In this document: piece by piece, positions 1 through 8,272 of the stretch | Position numbering within the stretch: position 1 is the first letter of the stretch | Layout of the letters: each line of letters opens with the position of its first letter | Origin: Candidatus Multivorans sp. | Lineage (GTDB): Bacteria > Acidobacteriota > Thermoanaerobaculia > Multivoradales > Multivoraceae | Assembly (NCBI GenBank): GCA_965205095.1 | Contig: OZ242040.1 | Location: 3,116,176 to 3,180,175 of the forward strand | Direction: 5' to 3' | Length of the DNA stretch: 64,000 nucleotides | Program-made: the position numbers and the translations under genes | Notes under the pieces: generated by a model | Database searches by the model: none | What the model was told of the DNA's origin: nothing | What the model saw: only the letters and a program-made list of their open reading frames with translations

Positions 1-637
1 CGGTGCCAGGAAGGACGCCGAGCAGCGGCACTTCGGGCAGCGAGACGGCCGAACTCCCGTCGTCGGCGAGGAGGATGCGGTCGCAGGCGAGCGCCAGCTC
101 GTAGCCGCCGCCGGCGGCCGTGCCGCGGACCGCGCAGAGGTAGCGCTGGCCCGAGTGCTGGCAGGCGTCCTCGATCGCCAGCCGGGTCTCGTTCGTGAAC
201 TTGCAGAAGTTCACCTTCAACTGGTGCGATGAGGCGCCGAGCATGCCGATGTTGGCGCCGGCGCAGAAGATCCGGTCGCGGTCGGAGCGGAGCACCACGG
301 CGCGGACCTCAGGGTGCTCGAACCGCAGCCGCTGTGTCGCGTCGTAGAGCTCGAAGTCGACGCCGAGGTCGTAGGAGTTCTGCTTGAGCTGGTAGCCGGG
401 CCGGAGCCCCGCCTGCTCGTCGACCTCCAGGGTCAGGAAGGCGAGGGGAGGCTCGATCCTGAGTTTCCAGTGCCGGTAGCGCGCGGGGTGAGTGCGGAAG
501 TCGATCGGCTCTTCCGCGATGGCTTCACCGGCCTGGGGCCCGGAAGGTCCGTCCGCGGTGGCCTGCTTGGACATCTGGTTGGTCGGGGAACCCTGTTCCG
601 GTTCGAGAGTCCCGTGCCGGTTCGTGAGTATAGTCAT
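1..637 (-). CDS. Crotonase-fold (enoyl-CoA hydratase/isomerase family) protein, N-terminal ~212 aa only; tentatively benzoyl-CoA-dihydrodiol lyase (BoxC)-like. The gene continues past the window start.
   Basis: My own minus-strand translation from ATG at 637 gives MTILTNRHGTLEPEQ...FRTHPARYRHWKLRIEPPLAFLTLEV...LKQNSYDLGVDFELYDATQRLRFEHPEV...IFCAGANIGMLGASSH.LKVNFCKFTNETR...AAGGGYELALACD...SLPEVPLLGVLPGT. This includes the crotonase oxyanion-hole region. The BoxC assignment is from memory of that family. The ORF is absent from the track because it runs off the window. Confidence 0.6.
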   Translation of the reverse strand, partial: MTILTNRHGTLEPEQGSPTNQMSKQATADGPSGPQAGEAIAEEPIDFRTHPARYRHWKLRIEPPLAFLTLEVDEQAGLRPGYQLKQNSYDLGVDFELYDATQRLRFEHPEVRAVVLRSDRDRIFCAGANIGMLGASSHQLKVNFCKFTNETRLAIEDACQHSGQRYLCAVRGTAAGGGYELALACDRILLADDGSSAVSLPEVPLLGVLPGT

Positions 638-642
638 GCCTC

Positions 643-1785
643 GTGAGCGCCCCGGCCCCTGACGATCGCGGCGAGAACCGCGTTCCGCACGTCGAGTTCG
701 CTGGGGTCGACAAGAGCTACGACGGTAAGAACCTCGTCGTGCGAGGGCTCGATCTCGCCGTGGAGCGGGGCGAGTTTCTGACCCTGCTGGGGCCTTCCGG
801 CTCGGGCAAGACGACCTGTCTGATGATGCTGGCGGGCTTCGAGGCGACCACGGCGGGGACGATCCGGATCGGCGGCCGGCCGATCCAGGATCTGCCGCCC
901 CACAGGCGCGGGATCGGCATGGTGTTTCAGAACTACGCCCTGTTCCCCCACATGACGGTGGGCGGCAACCTGGCCTTCCCGCTCGAGGTCCGCGGCGTCG
1001 AGCCGGCCCTGCGGCGGGAGCGGGTCAAGCAGGCGCTCAGCCTCGTTCAGCTCGAGGGTCTGGAGGATCGGAGACCGGCCCAGCTCTCCGGCGGCCAGCA
1101 GCAGCGGGTGGCGATCGCCCGCGCGCTGGTGTTCGAGCCGGAGATCGTCCTGATGGACGAGCCGCTGGGCGCTCTCGACCGGCGCCTGCGCGAGGAGATG
1201 CAGTACGAGATCCGGCGCATTCACTCGACCCTCGGGGTGACGGTCGTCTACGTGACGCATGACCAGCAGGAGGCGATGACGCTCTCCGACCGGGTGGCCG
1301 TGTTCCACAACGGCGTCATCGAGCAGGCGGCGTCGCCCGAGGTTCTGTACGAGGAACCCGAGAAGGCCTTCGTCGCCCGGTTCATCGGCGAGAACAACCG
1401 GCTCGACGGCGTCGTCGTCAGCGACGAGGACGGCGTCTGCGAAGTGGACATCGGCGGCCAGAAGGTCCGCGCGATGAGCCTGGGCCTGTGCCCTCCGGGC
1501 GCTCGAACCACGGTCGTCATCCGGCCCGAGCGCGTCGCGGTGGCGCCGCCGGACGGCCGCTACCGGAACGAGATCGAGACGCGGATCGACGACATGATCT
1601 TCCTCGGCGACCATCTGCGCCTTCACATGACGGTCGGCGGCGCCTCCGACTTCATCGCGAAGATCCCGAACGTCGTGGGTCACGGCGCCGTGCTGCCGGG
1701 CGACACGGTGCGGGTCGGCTGGGCGGCGCTCGACTGCCGGGCGCTGGTGCCGGAGGAGTTGGCGGAAGGCGAAGAAGAGTGGTGA
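643..1785 (+). CDS. ABC transporter ATP-binding protein (PotA / spermidine-putrescine-type importer ATPase)
   Basis: 380-aa track ORF with GTG start. Walker [12 protein letters not shown] signature [15 protein letters not shown], Walker B LMDEP, and a C-terminal regulatory extension. Confidence 0.9.
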   Translation: MSAPAPDDRGENRVPHVEFAGVDKSYDGKNLVVRGLDLAVERGEFLTLLGPSGSGKTTCLMMLAGFEATTAGTIRIGGRPIQDLPPHRRGIGMVFQNYALFPHMTVGGNLAFPLEVRGVEPALRRERVKQALSLVQLEGLEDRRPAQLSGGQQQRVAIARALVFEPEIVLMDEPLGALDRRLREEMQYEIRRIHSTLGVTVVYVTHDQQEAMTLSDRVAVFHNGVIEQAASPEVLYEEPEKAFVARFIGENNRLDGVVVSDEDGVCEVDIGGQKVRAMSLGLCPPGARTTVVIRPERVAVAPPDGRYRNEIETRIDDMIFLGDHLRLHMTVGGASDFIAKIPNVVGHGAVLPGDTVRVGWAALDCRALVPEELAEGEEEW

Positions 1786-2897
1786 GGGCGGCCGCCGTCG
1801 CGGCCGCAGCGCTGCTGGCCGGCTGCGCGCCGCAGGCGGGGGATGGAACGGATCCCGGCTCTCCGGGTCCGGACGCGAGCGAAGGATCGATCACGGTCGT
1901 TTCCTACGGCGGCTCCTACGCCCGCGCCTGTGTTCTGGGCTACCACGAGTCCTTCACCGAGGAGACCGGCATCCGGGTCAACCTGGAGGACTTCAACGGC
2001 GGCCTCGCGCAGATCCGCGCCCAGGTCGAGGCCGGCGCCGTCCATTGGGACGTCGTCGATCTGGGCGTCGCCGACACGATCACCGGTTGCGACGAGGGCG
2101 TTCTGGAGCTGATCGAACCGGAGCTGCTGCCGCCGGGCCCGAACGGCGAGCCGCCGGCGGACGACTTCCTGCCGGAGACGAACACGGAGTGCGGCGTGGG
2201 GACGCTGCTCTACTCCACGATCTACGCGTACAACCCGGAGACCCTGCCGGGTCCCGCGCCGGCGACGATCGCCGACTTCTTCGACCTGGAACGCTTCCCG
2301 GGGCGCCGGGGCATGCAGCGGAAGCCGGAGGCGAACCTGGAGTTCGCGCTGATGGCCGACGGCGTGCCGAAGGAACGGATCTACGAGCTGCTCGGAACGG
2401 AGGAGGGTCTCGATCGCGCGTTCCGGAAGCTGGACACGATCAAGGACGACGTCGTGTGGTGGGAGGCCGGCGCCCAGCCGCCGCAGCTCCTCGCCGACGG
2501 CGAGGTCATCATGAGCACGGCCTGGAACGGACGGATCTTCAACGCCCAGGTCCTGGAGGACCAGCCCTTCGTCATTGTCTGGGACGGGCAGGTCATGGAC
2601 CGGGGCCAGCTCGTGGTCGTGGCCGGCACTCCGCACCTCGAGGGTGCCCTGCGCTTCATGCGCCACGCCGCCCGCTCCGAATCGATGGCGGGCGTGGGGA
2701 AGTACATCGCGTACAGCCCCGCGCGCCGTTCCGGCCAGGCGCTGATCGACCGCCACGCCGAGACGGGCACGGAGATGTGGCCGCACATGCCGACGAACCC
2801 GGCGAACATGAAGAACTTCCTGATGAGCGATTGGGAGTGGTGGGCCGACCACAGGGACGAGATGCAGGAGCGGTTCGCCGCCTGGCTGGCGCGATGA
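1779..2897 (+). CDS. ABC transporter substrate-binding lipoprotein (PotD/PotF-like), copy 1
   Basis: Start trimmed to GTG at 1779/1782, overlapping the preceding stop. The N-terminus [16 protein letters not shown] is a signal peptide plus lipobox. The upstream part of track ORF 1488..2897 is an R/G/A-rich overlap with the ATPase gene. Confidence 0.8.
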   Translation: MVRAAAVAAAALLAGCAPQAGDGTDPGSPGPDASEGSITVVSYGGSYARACVLGYHESFTEETGIRVNLEDFNGGLAQIRAQVEAGAVHWDVVDLGVADTITGCDEGVLELIEPELLPPGPNGEPPADDFLPETNTECGVGTLLYSTIYAYNPETLPGPAPATIADFFDLERFPGRRGMQRKPEANLEFALMADGVPKERIYELLGTEEGLDRAFRKLDTIKDDVVWWEAGAQPPQLLADGEVIMSTAWNGRIFNAQVLEDQPFVIVWDGQVMDRGQLVVVAGTPHLEGALRFMRHAARSESMAGVGKYIAYSPARRSGQALIDRHAETGTEMWPHMPTNPANMKNFLMSDWEWWADHRDEMQERFAAWLAR

Positions 2898-4012
2898 GGA
2901 GTTCGGGCGCAATCGTCCTGAGCGTCCTCGTGGTCGCCGGCTGCCGGCTGGCCGCGGACCCTCCTCAGGGTTCGGCGCCTGCCAGCGATGCGGGCGAACG
3001 CTCGATCACCGCCGTCTCCTACGGAGGCTCTTACGCGCGCGCCTGCGTCAAGGGCTACCACGAGTCCTTCACGGAAGAGACCGGGGTGCGGGTCGATCTC
3101 GCCGACTTCCAGGGAGGACTGGCCCAGGTCCGGGCCCAGGTCGAAGCCGGTGTGGTTCACTGGGACGTCGTCGACCTCTCCGTGGCCGAGACGGTCAACG
3201 GCTGCGACGAGGGCGTCCTGGAACTGATCGATCCCTCGATCCTGCCGCCGGGTCCCGGCGGGGAGCTTCCGGAGGACGACTTTCTGCCCGAGATGAACAC
3301 GGAGTGCGGCGTCGGCAACCTGCTGTTCTCCTCGATCTTCGCGTACAACCGGGACGTCCTCACCGGACCGCCGCCGACCCGGCTCGCCGACTTCTTCGAC
3401 CTGGAGCGGTTTCCCGGGCGGCGCGGCATGAGAAGGTCGCCGGAAGCGAACCTGGAGATGGCGCTGATGGCGGACGGAGTTCCCAAGGAGCGCGTCTACG
3501 ACGTGCTGAGTTCGCCGGAGGGCCTGGAACGGGTGTTCCGCAAGCTGGACACGATCAAGGACCAGGTCGTGTGGTGGGACACGTCCGCCCAGGCCCCGCA
3601 GTTGCTGGCGGACGGCGAGGTCATCATGACGACGGCCGCCAACGGGCGTATCTTCAACGCCCAGGTGCTCGAGGGGCAGCCCTTCGTCATCGTGTGGGAC
3701 GGCCAGGTCCTGAACCGGGGCCAGCTAGCGATCGTCGCGGGTACGCCGCGGCTCGACGACGCGATCCGATTCGTCCAGCATGCGGCCCGCTCCGAGTCGA
3801 TGGCGGGAGTCGGCCGCTACATCGCCTACAGTCCGGCGCGCTACTCGGCGGAGAGGTTGATCGATCGGCACTTCGAAACGGGCACGGAGATGTGGCCGCA
3901 CATGCCGACGAACCCCGCGAACATGAAGAACTACCTGATGACCGACTGGCAGTGGTGGGCGGATCACGGCGACGAGATGCTGGAGCGCTTCACCGCCTGG
4001 CTGGCGCGATGA
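2894..4012 (+). CDS. ABC transporter substrate-binding lipoprotein (PotD/PotF-like), copy 2 (tandem paralog)
   Basis: ATG at 2894 overlaps the copy-1 stop (ATGA). MRSSGAIVLSVLVVAGC carries a lipobox. The mature part is colinear with copy 1, about three-quarters identical by eye (SYGGSYARACV.GYHESFTEETG ... PHMPTNPANMKN). Confidence 0.8.
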   Translation: MRSSGAIVLSVLVVAGCRLAADPPQGSAPASDAGERSITAVSYGGSYARACVKGYHESFTEETGVRVDLADFQGGLAQVRAQVEAGVVHWDVVDLSVAETVNGCDEGVLELIDPSILPPGPGGELPEDDFLPEMNTECGVGNLLFSSIFAYNRDVLTGPPPTRLADFFDLERFPGRRGMRRSPEANLEMALMADGVPKERVYDVLSSPEGLERVFRKLDTIKDQVVWWDTSAQAPQLLADGEVIMTTAANGRIFNAQVLEGQPFVIVWDGQVLNRGQLAIVAGTPRLDDAIRFVQHAARSESMAGVGRYIAYSPARYSAERLIDRHFETGTEMWPHMPTNPANMKNYLMTDWQWWADHGDEMLERFTAWLAR

Positions 4013-4028
4013 GGGTTGGAGTAGAGCC

Positions 4029-5306
4029 GTGACGGCGCAGGAATCTCCAGGCGTGAGCCAGCCGGCAGCCAGACCGCTCTGGCGCCGGGCGATGGGGCCG
4101 CGGTTGCGGGCGGCCGGCCTCGCCCTGCCGTTGGTGGCGTTCGTCTCCGTGACGTTCCTCGGTCCGATGGTCAACCTGCTGACGAAGAGCTTCTACGATC
4201 CCGAGGTCGCCGACGCGCTGCCCGAGACGATGGCCGCGTTGCGCGGCTGGGATGGCCAGGGAACTCCGTCCGACGAGGCCTTCGCGGCCACCGCCCGTGA
4301 GTTCGTCGCGGCGCGGGAGGAGCGCACCCTGGGGCGCACGGCCAACCGCGTGAACCGTGTCGTGAGCGGCATGCGCAGCACGATCATGGGTGATTCGCGG
4401 GAGATGGCCGAGGCGGCCGCCGTTGCGGAGGATGCCGGCGTCGAGATGGGCGGCGCCTTCTGGCGCGAGACGATGATCGGCATCGACGCCCGCTGGGGCG
4501 GTCCCGAGCCCTGGCGGGCGCTTCGGGCCGCCGGCCAGCGGTTGACGGCCCGCCACTACCTCAAGGCGCTCGACTTCGAGCGCGGTCCGGATGGCGGCTA
4601 CCAGCGGGCGCCGGAGGTGTGGCGGATCTACGTGCCGCTGTTCTGGCGGACGTTCCTGGTCAGCCTGGGCGTTACGCTGCTCTGCCTTGTCATCGGCTAT
4701 CCGGTGGCCCACATGATCGCCAACTCTCCGCCCAAGCGAGCGAACGTCCTGCTGCTGCTCGTACTGCTGCCGTTCTGGACCTCGCTGCTCGTGCGGACCA
4801 CGTCCTGGATCGTCCTGCTCCAGAACCAGGGCATCGTGAACGACTTCCTGGTCGCGATCGGACTGATCGGCGACGACGGCCGGATCGCGATGATCTACAA
4901 CATGACGGGCACGTTCGTTGCGATGACCCACGTGCTGCTGCCGTTCCTGGTTCTGCCGCTCTACTCGGTCATGCGGGCCATCCCGCCCGCCTACATGAAC
5001 GCCGCCGTGTCGCTGGGTGCGACCCCGTTCCAGGCGCTGCGCCGCGTCTACTGGCCGCAGACGCTGCCGGGCGTCGGCGCCGGCTGCCTGCTCACCTTCA
5101 TCCTGGCGATCGGCTACTACATCACCCCGGCCCTGGTCGGCGGCCAGAGCGGGCAGTTGATCTCGAACATGATCGCCTACCACGTCCAGACCTCGCTCAA
5201 CTGGGGTCTGGCGGCGGCTCTGGCGGCGCTGCTGCTGGGCGGCGTGACCCTGCTCTACGTGGTCTACGACCGCCTGGTCGGCATCGACCGGATCGGACTC
5301 GGATGA
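4029..5306 (+). CDS. ABC transporter permease (PotB-like)
   Basis: 425 aa with multiple hydrophobic spans and an EAA-type loop, MRAIPPAYMNAAVSLGATPFQALRRVYWPQTLPG. Lies in an operon with the ATPase and binding proteins. Confidence 0.85.
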   Translation: MTAQESPGVSQPAARPLWRRAMGPRLRAAGLALPLVAFVSVTFLGPMVNLLTKSFYDPEVADALPETMAALRGWDGQGTPSDEAFAATAREFVAAREERTLGRTANRVNRVVSGMRSTIMGDSREMAEAAAVAEDAGVEMGGAFWRETMIGIDARWGGPEPWRALRAAGQRLTARHYLKALDFERGPDGGYQRAPEVWRIYVPLFWRTFLVSLGVTLLCLVIGYPVAHMIANSPPKRANVLLLLVLLPFWTSLLVRTTSWIVLLQNQGIVNDFLVAIGLIGDDGRIAMIYNMTGTFVAMTHVLLPFLVLPLYSVMRAIPPAYMNAAVSLGATPFQALRRVYWPQTLPGVGAGCLLTFILAIGYYITPALVGGQSGQLISNMIAYHVQTSLNWGLAAALAALLLGGVTLLYVVYDRLVGIDRIGLG

Positions 5307-6151
5307 TGGTCGGCGGCGCGCTCAGCCCCGGCTACCGGGTCGCCCGCTGGGGCTACGTCGCGTTCTGCGTCGCCGCCTTCGTCTTCCTGATCGCGCCGAT
5401 CCTCGTCCTCGTGCCGCTCAGTTTCAACGCCGAGCCGTACTTCACCTTCACCGAGGGCATGTTGCGGCTCGACCCGGAGGCGTACTCGCTCCGCTGGTAC
5501 CAGAGCATCTTAGACGGCGACGAGTGGACGCGGCCGCTTCTGAACAGCCTGGTCATTGGCGTATCCGCGACCGTCGTCGCCACCGTGCTCGGGACCGCGG
5601 CGGCTCTGGGTCTCGCCCACCCCGCGATGCCGGGACGGAAGATCGTCACGGCGCTGCTCATCTCGCCGATGATCACGCCGGTGATCATCGCCGGGGTCGG
5701 CATGTTCTTCTTCTACTCGAGCCTGGGACTGGCGCAGACCCACATCGGGATCATCCTCGCGCACGCCGTGTTCGGCGCGCCCTTCGTCGTGATCACGGTG
5801 AGCGCGACCCTGGCCGGCTTCGACTGGACCGTCATGCGCGCGGCCGCGAACCTCGGCGCGAATCCCCTCGTCGCGTTCCGCCGGGTGCAACTGCCGCTCA
5901 TCCTGCCCGGCGTCATCTCGGGTTCCCTGTTCGCCTTCGCGGCATCCTTCGACGAACTCGTCATCGTCCTCTTCATGGGCGGCCTGGATCAGCGCACCCT
6001 GCCGCGCCAGATGTGGTCCGGCATCCGCGAGGAGATCAGCCCGACGATTCTGGCCGTCGCCACCTTCCTGATCGTCTTCGCGCTACTGGCGCTGAGCACG
6101 GTGGAGTGGCTACGGCGACGAGGATCGCCTGAGGGCCAGAGGGCCGGTTGA
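5303..6151 (+). CDS. ABC transporter permease (PotC-like)
   Basis: ATG at 5303 overlaps the preceding stop (ATGA). Begins MMVGGALSPGYRVARWGYVAFCVAAFVFLIAPILV. EAA-type loop AAANLGANPLVAFRRVQLPLILPG. The rest of track ORF 4619..6151 is an out-of-context overlap. Confidence 0.85.
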   Translation: MMVGGALSPGYRVARWGYVAFCVAAFVFLIAPILVLVPLSFNAEPYFTFTEGMLRLDPEAYSLRWYQSILDGDEWTRPLLNSLVIGVSATVVATVLGTAAALGLAHPAMPGRKIVTALLISPMITPVIIAGVGMFFFYSSLGLAQTHIGIILAHAVFGAPFVVITVSATLAGFDWTVMRAAANLGANPLVAFRRVQLPLILPGVISGSLFAFAASFDELVIVLFMGGLDQRTLPRQMWSGIREEISPTILAVATFLIVFALLALSTVEWLRRRGSPEGQRAG

Positions 6152-6152
6152 C

Positions 6153-7133
6153 GTGAAGATCCGGCGATCCCTGGCGACTCGAAAGAGAGTCGATGACCGG
6201 GGTCGCGGGCATGTTCCGGTCGAGGGCCGGATTCAACTCGACCGCCCGTTGGGAGCGGTGCTGAGGCGGAGCCTGGCGGACCGGTCGGCGGCCCGCCCGC
6301 TGGCGTTCGCTCCGGTCGTTGTTTGGGCCGCCGGCGTGTTCACGCTCTTCTCCGTCTGCTACTTCACGGTCATGGTGGCGAGGGGTGTGGCTGGAGTCGC
6401 CCGCTCGGAGCGATCCGAAGAACGTGCCGAGATGATCGGGTACGTTCTCAGGCAGGCCATGGAGCGGCCGGACGTGGATGTTCATCGGGTAGTCAACGTG
6501 ATCGGCGGAATCTCGGGAGTGTCTCGGCATCACTTCGTGCCGGCGGCGGAGCGGGCTCGCGCCTATCGCGGCACCGAGCTGCCGATCGGCTGGGGCCGGA
6601 CGACTCCGGATGCCTACATCGTGGCGTTGATGGCCGAACTCGCGGTGCCCCTTCGCACGCACGAAGTGGCGATGGGTTCCGGTAGGGACGCGACTGTCTA
6701 CACCGTACCCACGCTGCCTGTCCGCGGCCACAAGGTACTGGAGGTCGGTACAGGCTCTGGCTATCTGGCCGCCGTACTGTTCGAGATGGTCGAGCACGTC
6801 TACACGATCGAACCTGTTGAAGCGCTGGCGGAGAAGGCCGCCGCCACCCTCGGCGATCTCGGCTACGGCAACGTAACGGTGGGGGTCGGCGCACCCTTCG
6901 AGGGCTGGCCGGAGTTCGCGCCGTTCGACTCGATCGTGATCAAGGCGCCGGTGGACGCCGTGCCGCAACCGCTGATCGACCAGCTTGACTTGGGCGGGAA
7001 GCTCGTGGCGCCAATGGGACCGCCGGAGGGCCCTCAGGTACTCCAGGTGTTGGAGAAGCTGCCGGAAGGCTCGGTGGCAGTGAGATCGGTGCTGGAAGTG
7101 CGCTTCCCACCGCTCGCCTATGTCCGACAGTAA
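6153..7133 (+). CDS. Divergent protein-L-isoaspartate O-methyltransferase (Pcm) paralog with an N-terminal hydrophobic extension
   Basis: C-terminal part carries VLEVGTGSGYLAAVL (SAM motif I) and DSIVIKAPVDAVPQPLIDQLDLGGKLVAPMG. GTG at 6153 lies 1 nt after the permease stop; an alternative start is ATG at 6432 (MIGYVLRQ). Relative to the second pcm copy there is an insertion of about 25 aa before motif I. The ISQP and GDG motifs are replaced by TTPD and GVG. Confidence 0.65.
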   Translation: MKIRRSLATRKRVDDRGRGHVPVEGRIQLDRPLGAVLRRSLADRSAARPLAFAPVVVWAAGVFTLFSVCYFTVMVARGVAGVARSERSEERAEMIGYVLRQAMERPDVDVHRVVNVIGGISGVSRHHFVPAAERARAYRGTELPIGWGRTTPDAYIVALMAELAVPLRTHEVAMGSGRDATVYTVPTLPVRGHKVLEVGTGSGYLAAVLFEMVEHVYTIEPVEALAEKAAATLGDLGYGNVTVGVGAPFEGWPEFAPFDSIVIKAPVDAVPQPLIDQLDLGGKLVAPMGPPEGPQVLQVLEKLPEGSVAVRSVLEVRFPPLAYVRQ

Positions 7134-7153
7134 ACCAGGAAGAACGGCCGGCC

Positions 7154-8218
7154 ATGGCTAGCGGCAGTAATCGCTGGACTTCCGAGCCGCATGACGCGCC
7201 CCCGACGTCGAAGGCGGTGAGCGACGGCGACCATGGCATCACGCTGAAGGCGGTCGAAGACACACTCGCGCTGATCGCCCCTCACATCGTCGAGACGCCG
7301 GTCGTCGAGTGGTCGGGCCCCGAGATGCGGGCGATCCTGCCGGGGAACAGCCGCGTCCACGCCAAGCAGGAGCTCTTTCAGCGCTCCGGTACGTTCAAGG
7401 CGCGAGGGGCGCTGTCGAACGTACTGCGACTGAGCGCCGAACAACTGCGGGCCGGCGTGACGGCCATGAGCGCGGGCAATCACGCGATCGCCGTGGCGTA
7501 TGCGGCGAAGGCGGCCGGGACCAGCGCGAAGGTCGTCATGCAGCGATCGGCGAATCCGGCGCGCGTCGAGTTGGCCAGGGCGCTTGGCGCCGAGATCCTG
7601 ATGGCGGAGGATGGCCCCAGCGGATTCGAGATGGTGGCCGCGATCGCGGCCGCGGAAGGCCGGGCGATGATCCATCCATTCGACGGCGTGGCGACGGCCC
7701 TCGGCGCGGCGACGCTCGGTCTCGAGATGCATCGGCAGCTTGGAGACCTGGACGTGCTCGTCGTCGCCATCGGTGGCGGCGGCCTGGCCGGGGGCGTGTC
7801 GGCGATCACGAAGCGACTGAACCCCGATTGCCTCGTTGTCGGCGTGGAACCCGTGGGCGCCGACGCCATGCACAGGAGCTTCAGGTCCGGCAGACCGGAG
7901 CACCTCGAAGGCGTGGACACGATCGCGGACAGTCTGGCGCCGCCCATGACCGAACGGCTGCCCTTCACGCTCTGCAGAAGCAACGTGGATCGGCTCGCCC
8001 TGGTCACCGACCGCGAGTTGGCTCAAGCCATGGGGCTCATCTTCAGAGAACTGAAGCTTGCCGTGGAGCCCGCCTGCGCCGCCACCACGGCTTCCCTGCC
8101 GGGTCTCGCCGAGGAGCTCTCGGGTGCGCGTGTCGGGCTGATCCTCTGCGGATCGAACATCGACCGGAGCACGTACGATCGATACTGCGAGCTCGGCGAG
8201 GGTCGATTCCGTTCTTGA
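7154..8218 (+). CDS. PLP-dependent threonine/serine dehydratase family enzyme
   Basis: 354 aa. SGTFKARGA contains the PLP-lysine motif, and GGGGLAGG is the glycine loop typical of the tryptophan-synthase-beta superfamily dehydratases. Confidence 0.8.
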   Translation: MASGSNRWTSEPHDAPPTSKAVSDGDHGITLKAVEDTLALIAPHIVETPVVEWSGPEMRAILPGNSRVHAKQELFQRSGTFKARGALSNVLRLSAEQLRAGVTAMSAGNHAIAVAYAAKAAGTSAKVVMQRSANPARVELARALGAEILMAEDGPSGFEMVAAIAAAEGRAMIHPFDGVATALGAATLGLEMHRQLGDLDVLVVAIGGGGLAGGVSAITKRLNPDCLVVGVEPVGADAMHRSFRSGRPEHLEGVDTIADSLAPPMTERLPFTLCRSNVDRLALVTDRELAQAMGLIFRELKLAVEPACAATTASLPGLAEELSGARVGLILCGSNIDRSTYDRYCELGEGRFRS

Positions 8219-8246
8219 TCGGCGTTCGGGCGGCCGGGTGCCGAGC

Positions 8247-8272
8247 CTGAACGAGGGAAGACTCTCGTTCAG
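8247..8272. terminator. Hairpin between convergent genes (possible bidirectional terminator)
   Basis: CTGAACGAG (8247-8255) pairs perfectly with CTCGTTCAG (8264-8272), with an 8-nt loop. The right arm includes the res stop codon. There is no clear U-tract. Confidence 0.35.

Noticed and set aside
1488-4012. Long N-terminal extensions of track ORFs (for example 1488..2897, 2045..4012, 4619..6151, 31042..32385, 31872..33620, 34295..36751, 36262..37308, 54618..56591, 61329..63617).
   Set aside because: The extensions overlap the upstream gene, are R/P/G-rich, and precede an internal start that gives a proper signal peptide, SD or conserved N-terminus. Starts were trimmed accordingly.
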